A stretch of DNA of 64,000 nt, from the NCBI GenBank assembly GCA_038087875.1, contig CM075988.1:2728001-2792000 (forward strand). Direction: 5' to 3'. The notes beneath the pieces were generated by a model, which did no database searches, had not been told where the DNA came from, and was given only the letters and a program-made list of their open reading frames with translations. This DNA is from Malacoraja senta. Taxonomy: Eukaryota. The first letter of the stretch is position 1; the number at the start of each line of letters is the position of its first letter. The translations under genes were made by a program, and so were the position numbers. Positions 1 through 12,097 of this stretch are shown here, piece after piece.

Positions 1-385
1 CCCCATAGCCCTTGGCACCCGTTCTAATCAAGAATTTGTCTATCTCTGCCTTAAAAATATCCACTGAAATGGCCTCCACAGATGATTTCCACAGATTAAC
101 TACCCTCTGACTAAAGTTGTTCCTCCTCACCTCCTTTCTAAAAGAACGCCCATTAATTCTGAGGCTATAACCTCTGGTCATAGTTTCTCCCACCATCCTT
201 TCCACATCTATGCCTTTCATTATTCTGTAAGTTTCAATGAGGTCCCTCCCTCAACTTTCTAAACTCCAGCGAGCAGAGGCCCAGTGCTATCAAACGCTCA
301 TCATATGATAACCCACTCATTCCAGGAATCATTCTTGCTAACCTCCTCTGGACCCTCTCAGAGGCAGCACATCCTTCCTCAGATA
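1..385 (-). mobile_element. CR1-type LINE ORF2 3' fragment (degenerate)
   Basis: Reverse complement resembles the CR1 RT C-terminal region seen more intact at 20656-21243. Confidence 0.65.
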
Positions 386-624
386 TCGGGCCGTTATGGG
401 AACGTTAACTAATTTTTGTTCAATGACCAGGTAATATTTCTTGAATAACAGGCATGTGATGTGATGTGATGTGATGTTGCCCATTGTGTGATATGCTGAA
501 TGAATCAGGGACATCAAAATAAAAAGACCCGAAAAATATAATAACCAATCCAAAATAAAAGCAAAAGATGATTCCACAGCATAAATTGTCCACCTTTGTA
601 TTGCTGATTTCATAGTCCAACTGC

Positions 625-895
625 AAGATGGCGCAGGGGTAGGGCTTCTGCCTTACAATGTAGAGACTGAGCTTCGATGTTGACCATGGGTGCTATCTGT
701 GTGGAGTTTGCCCGTTCTCCCAATTGACCATGTGGGTTTTCTCCGGGTGCTCCAGTTTCCTCTCACACTCCAAAAATGTGCAGGTTTGCAGGTTAATTTG
801 CTTCGGTAAAAATGTAAGTTGTCCCTAGTGTGTAGGCTGGTCAGTGCAGACTCGGTGGCCCGAAGGGCCTGCTTTCATGCTGTGTCTCCAAAGTA
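625..895 (+). mobile_element. tRNA-derived V-SINE (HE1-like)
   Basis: Degenerate A/B-box head (gatggcgcagg...cttcgatg), V-domain-like body gtgtggagtttg...gggttttctccgggtgctccagtttcc, tail gggcctgctttcatgctgtgtctc. Confidence 0.75.
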
Positions 896-959
896 AATTC
901 CAGTAAAGTCTGTTGTTCCAAGCTGCTGGTATTTTTTACCATAAAATCAATCGATCATT

Positions 960-1680
960 TGATGAACTCGTGAGTTGATTTTACCCAGCCTTGACAGTGG
1001 CAGACTTTACACTTCCCTCTCCTCCTGGGTCCCACAGAGCATCCATGATCAATGTCATCACTTCCGCATCAGAGGAAGGAGGGGGGAGGCTGGTTTGCGT
1101 GATGGACGGGACCACATCCACAACTCTCTGTAGTGTCCTGGGGACTTGGCAGAGTGTTACCAAACCAAGCAGCGGTGCATCCCAATAGGATGCTTTCTAT
1201 GGTGTAGAATCTAGTAAGAGTTATTGGAGATAAGCCAAACCCCTCATTCTTCTGAGGAAGTAGATGTATTAATGTGCTTGCTTTGCCATAGCTTCAATGT
1301 GAAGATGGCACCAAGACAGGCCACTCTCTGCGTCCTGGTCCCAGACGTGGATCTGCAAGCACTCAATGCAATCACCCCTCTCCTCTAAGCCTCTTCTCCA
1401 ACAACAGCATTTCTTATTTTATCTGTAGACTATGGACGGCTCAAATATATAGTCTTTCTGCTGACTGGAGAGCACGCAACAAAAAAACTTATCACTGTAC
1501 CTCATTACACGCAACACTAAATGAAACTAAATGAAACTAAACGAAACTAAATGAAACTAAACAAAATGAAACTGAACTAAACTGAACTAAACTAAACTAA
1601 ACTAATGTGGTTGGTCCAGGACAAATTGTTGGTGATATTTACACATAGGAGCTTAAGGCTCTCAACCATCTTCACTTCTG
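960..1680 (-). mobile_element. Degenerate Rex1-like LINE RT fragment hosting a short retroposon (about 1302-1603) with an (actaa)n tail
   Basis: Minus strand reads VNITNNLSWTNH-like; insert is flanked by direct repeat aatgtg and ends in an (aacta)n array at about 1515-1603. Confidence 0.55.
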
Positions 1681-3317
1681 TACTTTTGAGAAGAGCAAAT
1701 GGGAAGATACAGAGTGCAGAATATAGTTCTCAGAATTGAAGCACACCAGTTCCAGAGACAAAATCCAATGACCGCAATGGGACAGAGGTGAATCGGACAG
1801 TACCTTAGCTGATAGAAGGGCCACTCAGAAGCCTGAGACCGGAGGGGAAGAGGCTCTTCCTGAGTCTGATGGTGCACACTTTCTAGCTTCTGTACCTTCT
1901 GCCTGATGGAAGTGGGGAGAAGAAGAAATAACAAGTCTTTATTGTGTTAGCAGCTTTCCTGAGGCAGCGTGTTGTGCAGATGGAATCAGTAGTGGGGAGT
2001 CTGGTCTATGTGATGGACTGGGCTTTATCCATAACTCTGCGATTACCTGCAGCCTTGGGGCAGAGCTGTTCCCAGACCAAGCTGTGATGTATCCCAACAG
2101 CATGCTTTCTATGGTGCATCTGTGAAAGTTTACAAGAGTCATTGGAGACGTGCCGAATTTACTCAGTCTCCTGAGGCGGTAGGAATGGTTTATCAATAGC
2201 TGGAAGGAGGTTCTAATTCTAATTTTAATCTGTAATATTTCCACTGTGCATTCTCCCCTATCAGTTAGAATCTGGTGTCCTGCCCAATGCCTTTGTCTCC
2301 ATCAATCACAGCCTGTCACTCTGCCATCTCTCTGACAGGCTTTAGTCACCACGTCTGAGCTTGGCGGCAGAGTCTGGCGTTGATTCCAGCCCTTCTTGCT
2401 GCAGCAGATGCATTGTGAGATGTTGAGAACAGAATGTCTATCAGATGTCGGGGCAGGGACTTGTACAAGGCAGTTTTCCACAGCATTATGTTCCTGGTTT
2501 GAATGGAGCTGCACTGTCTCCAGTAACGAGCTGCATCCTGGACCGATGAACATTGACGCACTGCCAACAGAGTGAGCCTGCCAAGAATATTAACAATGTT
2601 ACACACAATACCAAGTGCTGGAGTAACCCAGCGGGTCAGCAGCATCTGTGGAGGGAATGGATAGGTGACATTTCGGGTCAGGACCCTTCTTCAGACTGAC
2701 AATGCTAATGCCGATCGCAGTTGTAGAGTACAGGGGAGAGGAAACCATGGAAGGGGTTTGAGAGGGGAGGGGGCAAACTGGGTTTATGGGGAAATGGTGT
2801 GAGAGTGGACTGCCGGAGAGCTGGCAGAGATGTGTGAGATCTCTCAGTGTCCTCAGTGATTGTCAAAGTTGGAGCAGAAGTAGAAATGGCAGTGTGGTGA
2901 TAAAGGACGATGCTAGAGAGAAGATCTCATCCATATGTGGTGACATGAAGCATTGTCACATTTATCACTGCCATCATATCAGGCCCACAGTGCGAGCATT
3001 GCCAGAGTGCAGTGTAAATGGCACTGGAGTGTTTACACCCAGAAAGAAGCTCTAACAAGACTGTAAGACACAGGAGTAGAATTAGGCCATTCAGCCTATC
3101 GAATCTGCTCTGCCATTCAACCGTGGCTGATCTATTTTTCCTTCTTAATCTCATTCTCCTGCCTTCTCCCTGTAACCTCTGACACCCGTACTAATAAACA
3201 GCTCATCAACCTCCACTGTAGTACGGCTCTCCAGTGATTCCTGATGATCCCACACACAGTGATGAAGCGGGCAGAGCTGCTGCTTCACAGCGGCACAGAG
3301 CCGGGTTCAATCCTGAA

Positions 3318-3484
3318 CACTTGGACCCCTTACCATCCTGCATATCAGTCTGAGCTTAGACTGGCTGGCACCAATCAAAGCCTGTAAAGTTCAGCTGACA
3401 AGGGTTAAGCAATTCTTTCAAGTGCAGGGATCCTCCATTCTATGGCGTCTTTAATTTAGCCAATATTAACATTCCCCCATTTTA
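3318..3484 (-). repeat. ERV polypurine tract (3472-3484) and start of the 3' LTR (begins 3471, truncated near 3318)
   Basis: Minus strand aaaatgggggaa immediately followed by TGTTAATATTGG; ends against a SINE head at 3262-3317. Confidence 0.65.
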
Positions 3485-3539
3485 CCATTCATGATAACCC
3501 TCATCATAAATGATAACTCCAGAATACAATGATGACTGC

Positions 3540-5280
3540 TATACTTTAGTATGGACGCTACATTTTATTACAGAGATTTGTCTGGGTAGCAATAAGGCCT
3601 TCAATAAATTTGTTTGTGTGATATTTGGGTGCCTGCAGAAGTTAGAAATTCCCTATTTTTCCATAATTGTCCAAAATCATGCACCACCCCAAATGCATAT
3701 CGAGAATCAGTGTAAATGTTTACCTTTAGATCTTCTCCAATAATATGCCCTAATTTAAGTGAATAATTCAGCTTGTTGTGCTGAATAGGGTGATTCAAAA
3801 GCAGCTGCTACAATTTCCGTCTTTTGATTAATAATTGCATACCCAGACAACCTCTCACCCCACAGTCCAATGGATGCACTACCGTCCATATGTAATGTGA
3901 TGTCAGGGTCTTCCATGGGTACATCCCTCAAGTCCTCTCTCACTGATGTTTCTTCCTCTATAACAAATAGACAATCGTGTCCTGCTTCTGCTCGCTCTTC
4001 TGGGGGTGAAATAAGAAAAGAGGCTGGGTTAATTAATGTACAGTGTTTAAACTGCAATTTCAGATTGTTTAACAGGTAGATCTCATACTTATTTTGGCTG
4101 GCCATAGTCAACTGCTGGGTTTGAAGCTGCTCTTACAATGCCGATACCGAATGTGAACTGTATACTACAATTTCCTGCTGGAGTGTTGAAATAGCAGCCG
4201 ATTGTAAACTATTGTAAACTATTGTAGATTGCAGTTAAGATTTGAGTGCAAAGAGGATGTCCCCTAGCTACTGGATCTAATTTGGAGGAGTAATATGCAA
4301 CTGGTCTATGTCTATCCCCATGCTTTTGCGTTAATACCGAAGTGGCACAGTCAGATAGAATTGTACAATACAGCTGGAAAGGATGATCGTATAATGGCCT
4401 TCCCAATGCCGGGGCTCGCATCAATGATCTTTTCAAGTTCTCAAATGCTTCTTGTGCCTCCTTTGTTAGTTTTAATTCACCTTCCTTGCTGATATAGGGT
4501 GTTAGCTCCTTTGTTTCTAGAGCTATATTTGGAATTCAGGGTCTGCAATAATTGACCATGCCCAGCCATTGCCTCATTTGGGACTTCTTATGGGACTGGA
4601 AATTCGCAGATAGGTTCGAGTTTGCTCTTTTCAAGACTTCTTTCGGTGGCCGAAATTATAATCCCCAGAAATTTTACTCTCTCCTGAGCTACCTGTACTT
4701 TTGATGGGGAAACCACATATCCTAGATCAGCTAAATGGTTTAGTAGTTGTGCAGTGTCTTCCCGATTACTGAATTCATCTTTACTAGCCACCAATAGGTC
4801 ATCAACATACTGCACTAATGCTGAATTCATTTTAAACTTTAAAGTACTTAGCTGATCTTGCAGACACCTGGAAAATAAAGTAGGCGAGTTGACAAATCCT
4901 TGAGGCAACCTGGCCCAGATATATTGTTGGCCCTTATAGGTGAAGGCAAACAAATATTGGCTGTCTTCATTAAGAGGAAGAGAAAAGAATGCATGTTGTA
5001 AGTTGACTATCGAAAAGACTTTGGCTTCAGCTGGTATTTGGGCTAGGATATGTGCAGGATTTGGCACTAGGGCATGAAGTGGTTCTATAACAGAATTGAT
5101 TTCCTTTAAGTCTTGTACGAGTCTATATTGACCCTCCTTTCCCGGTTTTGGAAAGGCAAGAATAGGGGTGTTACAAATAGATTGGCACTTCACCAATATT
5201 CCTTGTTCTAGCAAACTCCGAATTAATTTGTCTATGCTGCTGATGGCCTGTAGTTTCAATGGATATTGTTCGAACAACAA
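3540..5280 (-). pseudogene. pol: ERV pol RT, connection and RNase H (frameshifted)
   Basis: ORFs 4588-5280 (CNTPIL, YRLVQDL, LPQGFVNSP, YVDD), 4209-4436 (RPVAYYS), 3755-4111, 3601-3798. Confidence 0.9.
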
Positions 5281-5285
5281 ATTGA

Positions 5286-5768
5286 TTAGACAACTTGTTC
5301 AACAACAAATTGATTAGACAAATGTTGCTTTTGATAATTATTCGGGTTTGCCAAGGTAATTGCCTTTCTTACCATCATTCCTTCGTCTTTAGCTCTAGCT
5401 GGGAAATTCACCTTTCGAGTGATATGAGGAGCAGCCTCGTCAGTTCTTTTGCATAACTGTGCTGGTATTTTAGCATTTTCGGCAGCTCCCTCTTTCCCTT
5501 CCACTAGTGCCAATACTTTTATTTCCCATTCCTGTCCTTCGTATGATTTAAAGAAGGTTTCCAGCTCACTATTCTTTTGGCTTCTATTGTAAGCCAGTGT
5601 AATGTGAAGTGTGGGTTCTTTGTCCAGATCTAAGGACCACCATTGAGGGGTCACTATGGAGTAACATTGTCGTGCAGGGGCCCAGGGGGTCACTACTATA
5701 CCTCTATTGCCACATTCTATTTTTAGTTGGAAAGCACAGAGTAAATCTCTCGCCATCAGGTTGCAATC
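5286..5768 (-). pseudogene. pol: ERV protease C-terminus (NLMARDLL) plus 2H-phosphoesterase/CNPase-like domain
   Basis: NLMARDLL matches the retroviral protease NLLGRDLL motif; followed by LHITL and PHITR, two HxT motifs 60 aa apart. Confidence 0.75.
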
Positions 5769-5770
5769 TA

Positions 5771-6105
5771 ATAGTAAGATTAAACGAGAACGTACCAGTT
5801 TGAAGTTTGATCTTTATTTTATGAGGAGTTACGATGAGCGATTACGTGAAGAAGGCCGTCAGCCCGCATGCGCGTCAATCTTCAAAGCAGCGGTGTGAAA
5901 TCACAGATAACAGTTGTTGAACTAACATAGTAAGATTAGAGATGACTAGAACTACCAGATGATCTTTATGATACGAGGGTTTGGAGCGGAGGGCACGAAA
6001 TCGCTCATCGTAACTCCTCATAAAATAAAGATCAAACTTCAAACTGGTAAGTTCTCGTTTAATCTTACTATTTTACTTCGGAGTCACGTGAGGGACTACG
6101 TGAAG
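5771..6105 (-). repeat. DIRS right ITR, 3' extension and internal complementary region (ICR)
   Basis: About 77-bp inverted repeat 5771-5848 vs 5993-6071, continuing into ttttacttcggagtcacgtgag, which equals the 5' terminus of copy D. Confidence 0.85.
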
Positions 6106-6239
6106 ATTTTAAAGCTCTGTGATTTCATGCCGTGGATACGAGTCCATGCGTCACACATTTCATCAGTTGACCAGGATGAGTGAAAAATAATAAATGCATT
6201 CAGACATGACATAGATAAAAAATGCTGATGCTTTAATAA

Positions 6240-7263
6240 TCAAAGAAAATAATAGTGACCCCTCTCACCCAGGGGGGAACTATAAAACAGAACCCCTAAA
6301 ATAGAATTAGCAAAAGCCCCCGGTCTGGCGATAGGTTTGTTATAAAACCTTTGGTACGTCAGTTCATTAGACCATCCTGCAGCCGCAAGAATGTGGTCGA
6401 GAGGGACGTCCATATCCCTAGCTGCTGACGTAGATGCAGCCTTGGTGGAATGAGGTTTAAAAGTGTCAGTGTCCACTCCTGCACATGCCAGAACCTGTTT
6501 TATCCATCTTGAAATGGTCTGCACTGTAACCTTCCTATGAGGTTTTGTGTAGCTGATGAATAAGGATAATTCCGAGCCTCTGAGGCTCTTAGTGACCTTA
6601 ATGTATTGTAGTATGTGTGTAACTACACACAACCGCAGGTCTAAGGGGTATGCCATAAAAATTAATTTGAGCCCCGACACCCCTGGTCTGCTCTGCTTAA
6701 TTAAATCATAAACAAAAAAGGTAATATTGTCAAAAGATGAAGCCACGCTGTCCAGTCTAAGTTTATTTAACGTCTGGACCCGTTGCGCTGAAACCAGCGC
6801 CATGAGCATGACTACCTTAAGAGTGAGATTAGGCAGAGACAGAGATGAAGCTGGAGCCCACTGGCGAAGCAGCGTGAGTACCACGCTCACATCCCATATA
6901 TGTGAATATCGGGGCCTAGGGGGAGTAGAGTTAAAAATGCCCTTCATAAATCTGGTTATTAATGGGTGAGATCCGACAGTGGTTCCCTGACCCCAGCCAT
7001 AAGTAAGATGATAATGCACTCCTAGCACTATTTATGGCACTGTAACTGAGTTTCTGATCATAGAATAGTGTGGAAAGGAACTCCAAAACATCCGTAATGG
7101 AAGCCGTGTCATACGAAATTTTCGAGAGAGAGCAGTACATCTCCCATTTCCTTATATGAGTGATGTACTGTTTCTGGGTACTCTTCCTCCAGGCCGCAGT
7201 GATCACATCTACCGTACGATCTGAAAGTCCCAGCCCCAGGAACGGTCTCCTCAGAATCTGCAA
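6240..7263 (-). pseudogene. DIRS tyrosine recombinase (one frameshift near 7000)
   Basis: SAQRV (catalytic R), HSTK (HxxR with R>K), AAGWS, terminal FYNKP. Confidence 0.88.
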
Positions 7264-7700
7264 ACCAATAAATTGGTTCGGTCATGTAGTGGATGGCTTT
7301 CCCCTGTCACCGGATGAACCAGCAGATCTCTGCTTTTGGGGACAGCCATAAAAGGCTGTGTAATCATACCTAGGACGAGTGGGAACCAATGCTGTGTAGG
7401 CCAGTCTGGTACTACCAATGTGCCAGAGGCGGAGTCTTGCTTGATCTTGGCCAAGCACCGACTGATGAGGCAAAATGGGGGAAAGGCATACAAGAACTTT
7501 CCACCCCAGTGTAGCAAGAATGCATCTACTGCTACTGCCCCTGGGTCTGGTTCCTATGAAACGTAATTTGGTAACTGAAGTCTAGATGCAAACAAATCAA
7601 TATCCGGTATGCCATACCGAGCAACAATGTCGTTAAACACTTCATGATTCAACATCCATTCTTTGTTGTCATTGAATTTCCGTGACCTGGTGTCCGCCAC
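7251..7700 (-). pseudogene. DIRS DNA N6-adenine methyltransferase-like domain
   Basis: DIDLFAS, DAF, YAFPPF, VVPDWPTQHWF downstream of RNase H; in-frame stop at 7554. Confidence 0.8.
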
Positions 7701-9236
7701 CATTTTATATCTACCTGGTAAGTAGATAGCTGTAACCCAGATGTTTCTCGTAATACACCAGTGCCAAATAAGGTTAGACAATTTATCACAGGATACAGAC
7801 TTAATTCCACCCATGTGATTAATGTATGCCACCGCTGTAGTGTTGTCAATCTGAAGTTGAACATGCACATGATGCATATTGCTACAATAAGCCTTTAGCC
7901 CATAGAGTGCTCCCAACAACTCTAAGTAGTTAATACCATGTGACTGAAGAATTGATGATTCCTGCATATTCCATCTGCCACCACAGCTTGAGACGGTGTT
8001 GGTAGCACCCCAACCTAGAACACTAGCATCAGTTTGTAGGATAACTGATGGTGTATCAACTAAAATTGTATTGGAGCAATGCCAAATATCGGTCACCCAC
8101 CATTGTAACTCAGCAATGACTTCAGCTGGCAACCGCATAGGTCTACTGGTGACCTTTATGAAGTTTGAGTGCCTGCTCCTTTGCACGTTGTAGGTTTTGG
8201 TAGTGCAAAGGCCCGAACTGAGCAGCTGGGAAAGCAGCCACTAATTTGCCAATTATACTAGCCACATGTCTAATAGAAGGTTGGTCCTTAACAATGAGAT
8301 TGTTACAGACTTCAATTAATTCTAATTGCTTGCCCTAAGGCAGTCACTGACATGTGAATAAAGTTAATGGTGAATCCCAAATAATCAATTACTCTAGATG
8401 GTAACAATTTGGATTTAACTGGATGGATGAGGAACCCCAATCTCTCAAACATGAGTTTAGTAGCTGACACAGATAATTCAGCTAATTTTCCCTATGATTA
8501 GGATGTCATCCAAGTATGCCATGACAATATGATTCTGTGCCCTGAGTAGCCCCAGGACTGGTTTTAGCAATTTAGTGAATAATCTGGGGGCTGAGGTTAA
8601 CCCATTAGGCAATGCTTTCAACTGCCACAGTTGCCCCATCCAGCTAAACTTCAAATATCTCCGGTGATCCCCATGAATGGCCACCGAATAGTATGCACCT
8701 TTGAGGTCGATGCATGCCATATAACATCCCTTGGAAACCAGTTGTTTGGCAGTAACAAAGTTTTCCATTTTGAAGTGTTTATACTGCACAAAGGTGTTAA
8801 GCTCAGTCAAGTCAAGGATGATTCGGCATCCTCCATCCTTCATTTGCTTAGTAAATATATTGGACACAAATTGGTGAGACTCATGACACGACATCTTAAT
8901 TACCCCTTTTTTGTGTAAAGATTCGATGTCAGCTTGCGCATCCGCACACTCCTGTTGTGAGGGAACAAATGTGCGGTTCGGTGTATACTGTGTGGGTGAA
9001 GGCGAATTGAGAAGGAACTCAATTATGAAACCTTGTATACTGTGCAGTATAAACGGATCTGATGTTATCCAGTGCCATTCATTCAAGAAAAATCGTAATC
9101 TCCCCCCAACTTGTAACTGATCCATAGACAATGTGTTCCGCAAACAACCAGACTCACTTACCTCAATGGTTATCGGCGGTATGGTGTTTGTCTCTGCCCC
9201 CGAGGTCTGGGGGGTAGGACTGTTGGAGGGCGCCAT
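7700..9236 (-). pseudogene. DIRS RT and RNase H
   Basis: VGGRL, RIILDL, IDLKGAY, LPNGLTSAPRLFTK, YLDD; TDASVLGWG, INYLELLG, IDNTTAV. Confidence 0.9.
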
Positions 9237-10380
9237 CCGCGCATCTTGAACATGGCCCGGTTTGGGCCTAGCCCTAAAAAAGGCCTCTGTGCCTGTTGTT
9301 TGGGCTGCCCACCATATCCGGCAAACCGTCTGGTGTTGAGAGGAGGATAGGGGTAATGCCGCCGGAAAGATGAAGTCTTGGAAGATGTTGGGACCTTCAT
9401 AAGCCTGACCGCTTTAGCCTCATCATCCAGCTCCCTGACCTGCTTTGGCAGATCTTCGCCGAACAGGAGGTTTGGTGGTTGGATGTTCCCGGCCTTGCAC
9501 AATGCTGCAAATTTGGGGTTCAGAGCAGGACGGATGGCATTCTTTCAAAGGCAATTTATCTCAAAATGTGCATTGCATATTAATGCCATGGCGTCCTGCT
9601 GAACATCTGAGAGGGGCCCCCCATCTACCGACCTGGCAAAGGCCATGTTGCCTGAGGCGAGTAATCTTAATATTTTTTGTAATTTTACCTCCTGGGCTCT
9701 GTAGCCCCAGATGGAGTGATTTACTGCCGGGACATTCAATGTGGCACAGTTTGCTGGGGTATGGTATTTGGTGGTGGTTTCCTCCATGGCCTGATCTCGG
9801 AGCTGGTGAGAGGCCAGGTAATTAATGCTCATGGCTAAATCCTCTCCCAGCGGTTCTCCTGTTAGGGACGGTATAGCAAATTTGGATGCCATAGGGGGCA
9901 CTTCGAAATCTTGCCCTTCATGCCTAGAAGCATGCTCCCCAGCTGTGCCTCCGTACTCTGAGTCAGTGTAGAACTGACCTTGTATGCTCCCCTCCTCAGA
10001 TAGGGAGACATTGTGCAGCCCTGAGACAGGTGTCGCTGCCGTGGGCTCTCTAGAATACCCGGGCTCAGATAGCTTCCTCCTTTGGAGCATATCACTTTCG
10101 AGCAACCTCTCCATTAGGTGCTCCATGTGGGTCAGTCGCCCAAAGACGCTGCCCATTGAAGGAGGAGAATCCTCCTGGCCCGACTCGTCCGAGTCCAGGG
10201 GCCTGACAGACTTCTTGGTCACCCGGGGTAGCCAAGGTGCTTTCTATCGGCACCAAGTCTGTAGCCGCTGGCTCCACAGCCAGCGATCCGGAAGGCAAAA
10301 TCGGCAGCTGCCCGCTACCCGCAATCCCGCGGTCTTCAGTAGCCGGTTTCCCTGCGGCCCACCTCTTCACCTTAGACATG
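9170..10380 (-). pseudogene. DIRS ORF1 (gag-like), fragmented
   Basis: ORFs 10092-10379, 9545-10222, 9170-9502 (LLFGEDL) upstream of and overlapping the RT ORF. Confidence 0.7.
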
Positions 10381-10558
10381 GTCTCCGCAAAGTTCGAATA
10401 CTTTCTGTAAGTAGAGTAAACGAACCGGGAGCAACGACCTCAGACAGAGTATAAGCACTTACTGCTGGAAGGAGCGACGCGCCCGCCAGGCAGTCGTTGC
10501 GCAATGCGTTAGATGTAATGACACGCATGCGGGCTGACGGCCTTCTTCACGTAGTCAC

Positions 10559-12097
10559 CTGTAGAGATAACATAGGTTCTTCATCAGACTTGCATCCAGT
10601 CACTACCAGGTTTGCTAATCATAGGCGTGTAAATGGGTTACTCTGAGAAAAGGAGATTTGTCCCCTTGGCTCCTGATTTTCCTGCCAGTTCGCTCTGTGC
10701 TCTCTAGGATCCCGTTGATCCCTCCATTCTCTTTGATCTTGTAGATTCTTTCTGTGACCCCCTCTGTCATTCCTTTCTTTATTTGGGCACCCCCTACTCC
10801 AGTGACCTACCCCTCCGCAATGATAACCCTGGCTCATTCCCGGTGGCCAGCCTGTCCTTAACCCTGGTCGTTAGAGGACTGGCTCTAGGCCAGATGCTTC
10901 CCTATAACATTGGCCTGGATATTCCGGAACTCTAACTTCTCCCAGTCCATAGTTTGCTGGTACTCTAGGGATCCATGATTTAGAGTCGAATTTTAGTATT
11001 TATTTTCTGATCAGATATTCAGTTCTTGGTTTTACTGCAGGCGGGCTATCCTGCTTCTTTATTTCCTTCCAATGATATCTTACAGCCCATGCTATTTTCT
11101 GTCCAGTCCATGTTATTAGTCTTAATGGCTTCTGCTACGTTGGTGGGGAGGCAATTCAGTAGGATGCCTCAATATTGAGGGGAATTTACTCCATTTCTGT
11201 AATTTAAGTCACCTGATTGATCCATATATAATTCAGAAAATTGCTCTAAAAACTCATCCGCTCCTTCTCCCCTTTTTGGCCTTACATCTAATATTCTGGC
11301 CAAATCGATTGGTTTCTGAAGGGTGTTGGCAAGAGCTGTTAAAACAGCTTCCTCCCTTGCTCCATTGTCCGCTATTATATTTGCAAGAGCTTCATGCGAC
11401 GGATGTCCTAAATTTGTTAGGAATTTGGCATGCTCACTTGGGGTAATTATTTGTTGGATCACCGTCCATAAATCCCGGGAATCAGCGTGATAAACGCGCA
11501 TTAAGTGATCCACAAAAGAAGCGAGTGATTTTCTATGATCGGGCATTTGACTTTAAATAACGATCATCTCGTTAGGCTTCCATGGGGAATAGACTTTAAT
11601 TGTTTGGGGATTATTTGCACTCACTGCATTGGCTGGATCAAAAGAAGGATTAGGCATTTCCCTTACAGAGAACTGTCTAAGGGTTGTTTGTTTAGTTTCA
11701 GGATCAACCTCAGCCTCTTCAATTATGGTCTCACACCCAAATGTATCTTCCCCTGCTTCAGTATCTTCTAATATCCCCCATTTTAGATTTGCTTTCTTCC
11801 AACTTGCCATTCTTTCCTCCGCTCTACTCGCTTTCTGTTCCTCGTAATAATTTCTCCACAATTCAATTAATTCTTGTGCCGCTGCATTATTGCTGCACTG
11901 CAATATAATCTGCTCAAAGTATTTTAATCCCTTTACGGTATCTATGCCCCTTGGGGCCATAATTTGTTCCCTAAATCTCTATTTAGTGATCCGGAAAGAA
12001 TTATCAATCGATCAGCTTTTTGTGGAAATTCACTGCATATTTCTTGCAGAGGACCTTCCGAGTCAGCGGTCATATCTTTATTTGTGTGGTTTCCTAT
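10559..12097 (-). pseudogene. gag: ERV gag (matrix, capsid, nucleocapsid) and protease N-terminus
   Basis: (M>I)GNHTNK start at 12097, LWPQG, capsid MHR-like VRPKRGEGADEFLEQF, degenerate knuckle (G)YHCGGVGHWSRGC, TGA at 10619-10621 then in-frame EEPMLSLQV. Confidence 0.8.

Larger units (their letters stand above)
5771..10558 (-). mobile_element. DIRS1-type tyrosine-recombinase retrotransposon, copy A (near full length, mutated)
   Basis: gag-like, RT (LPNG, YLDD), RNase H (TDAS, INYLEL, DN), MTase-like, YR; inverted termini and internal complementary region. Confidence 0.93.

Noticed and set aside
2280..2600. Possible host exon in non-repetitive-looking sequence (also 18860-19820)
   Set aside because: Stops in all frames after the candidate acceptor and no recognisable protein motif; cannot be supported without transcript data
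2985..3030. V(D)J recombination signal (CACAGTG heptamers here and at about 3255 and 49289)
   Set aside because: No nonamer at 12 or 23 spacing and no Ig/TCR segment nearby
5771..10558. Phage/bacterial integrase plus Dam methylase (prophage or contamination), or Ngaro element
   Set aside because: Linked to gag-RT-RNase H with inverted termini and an ICR, which is the DIRS1 layout; Ngaro has split direct repeats
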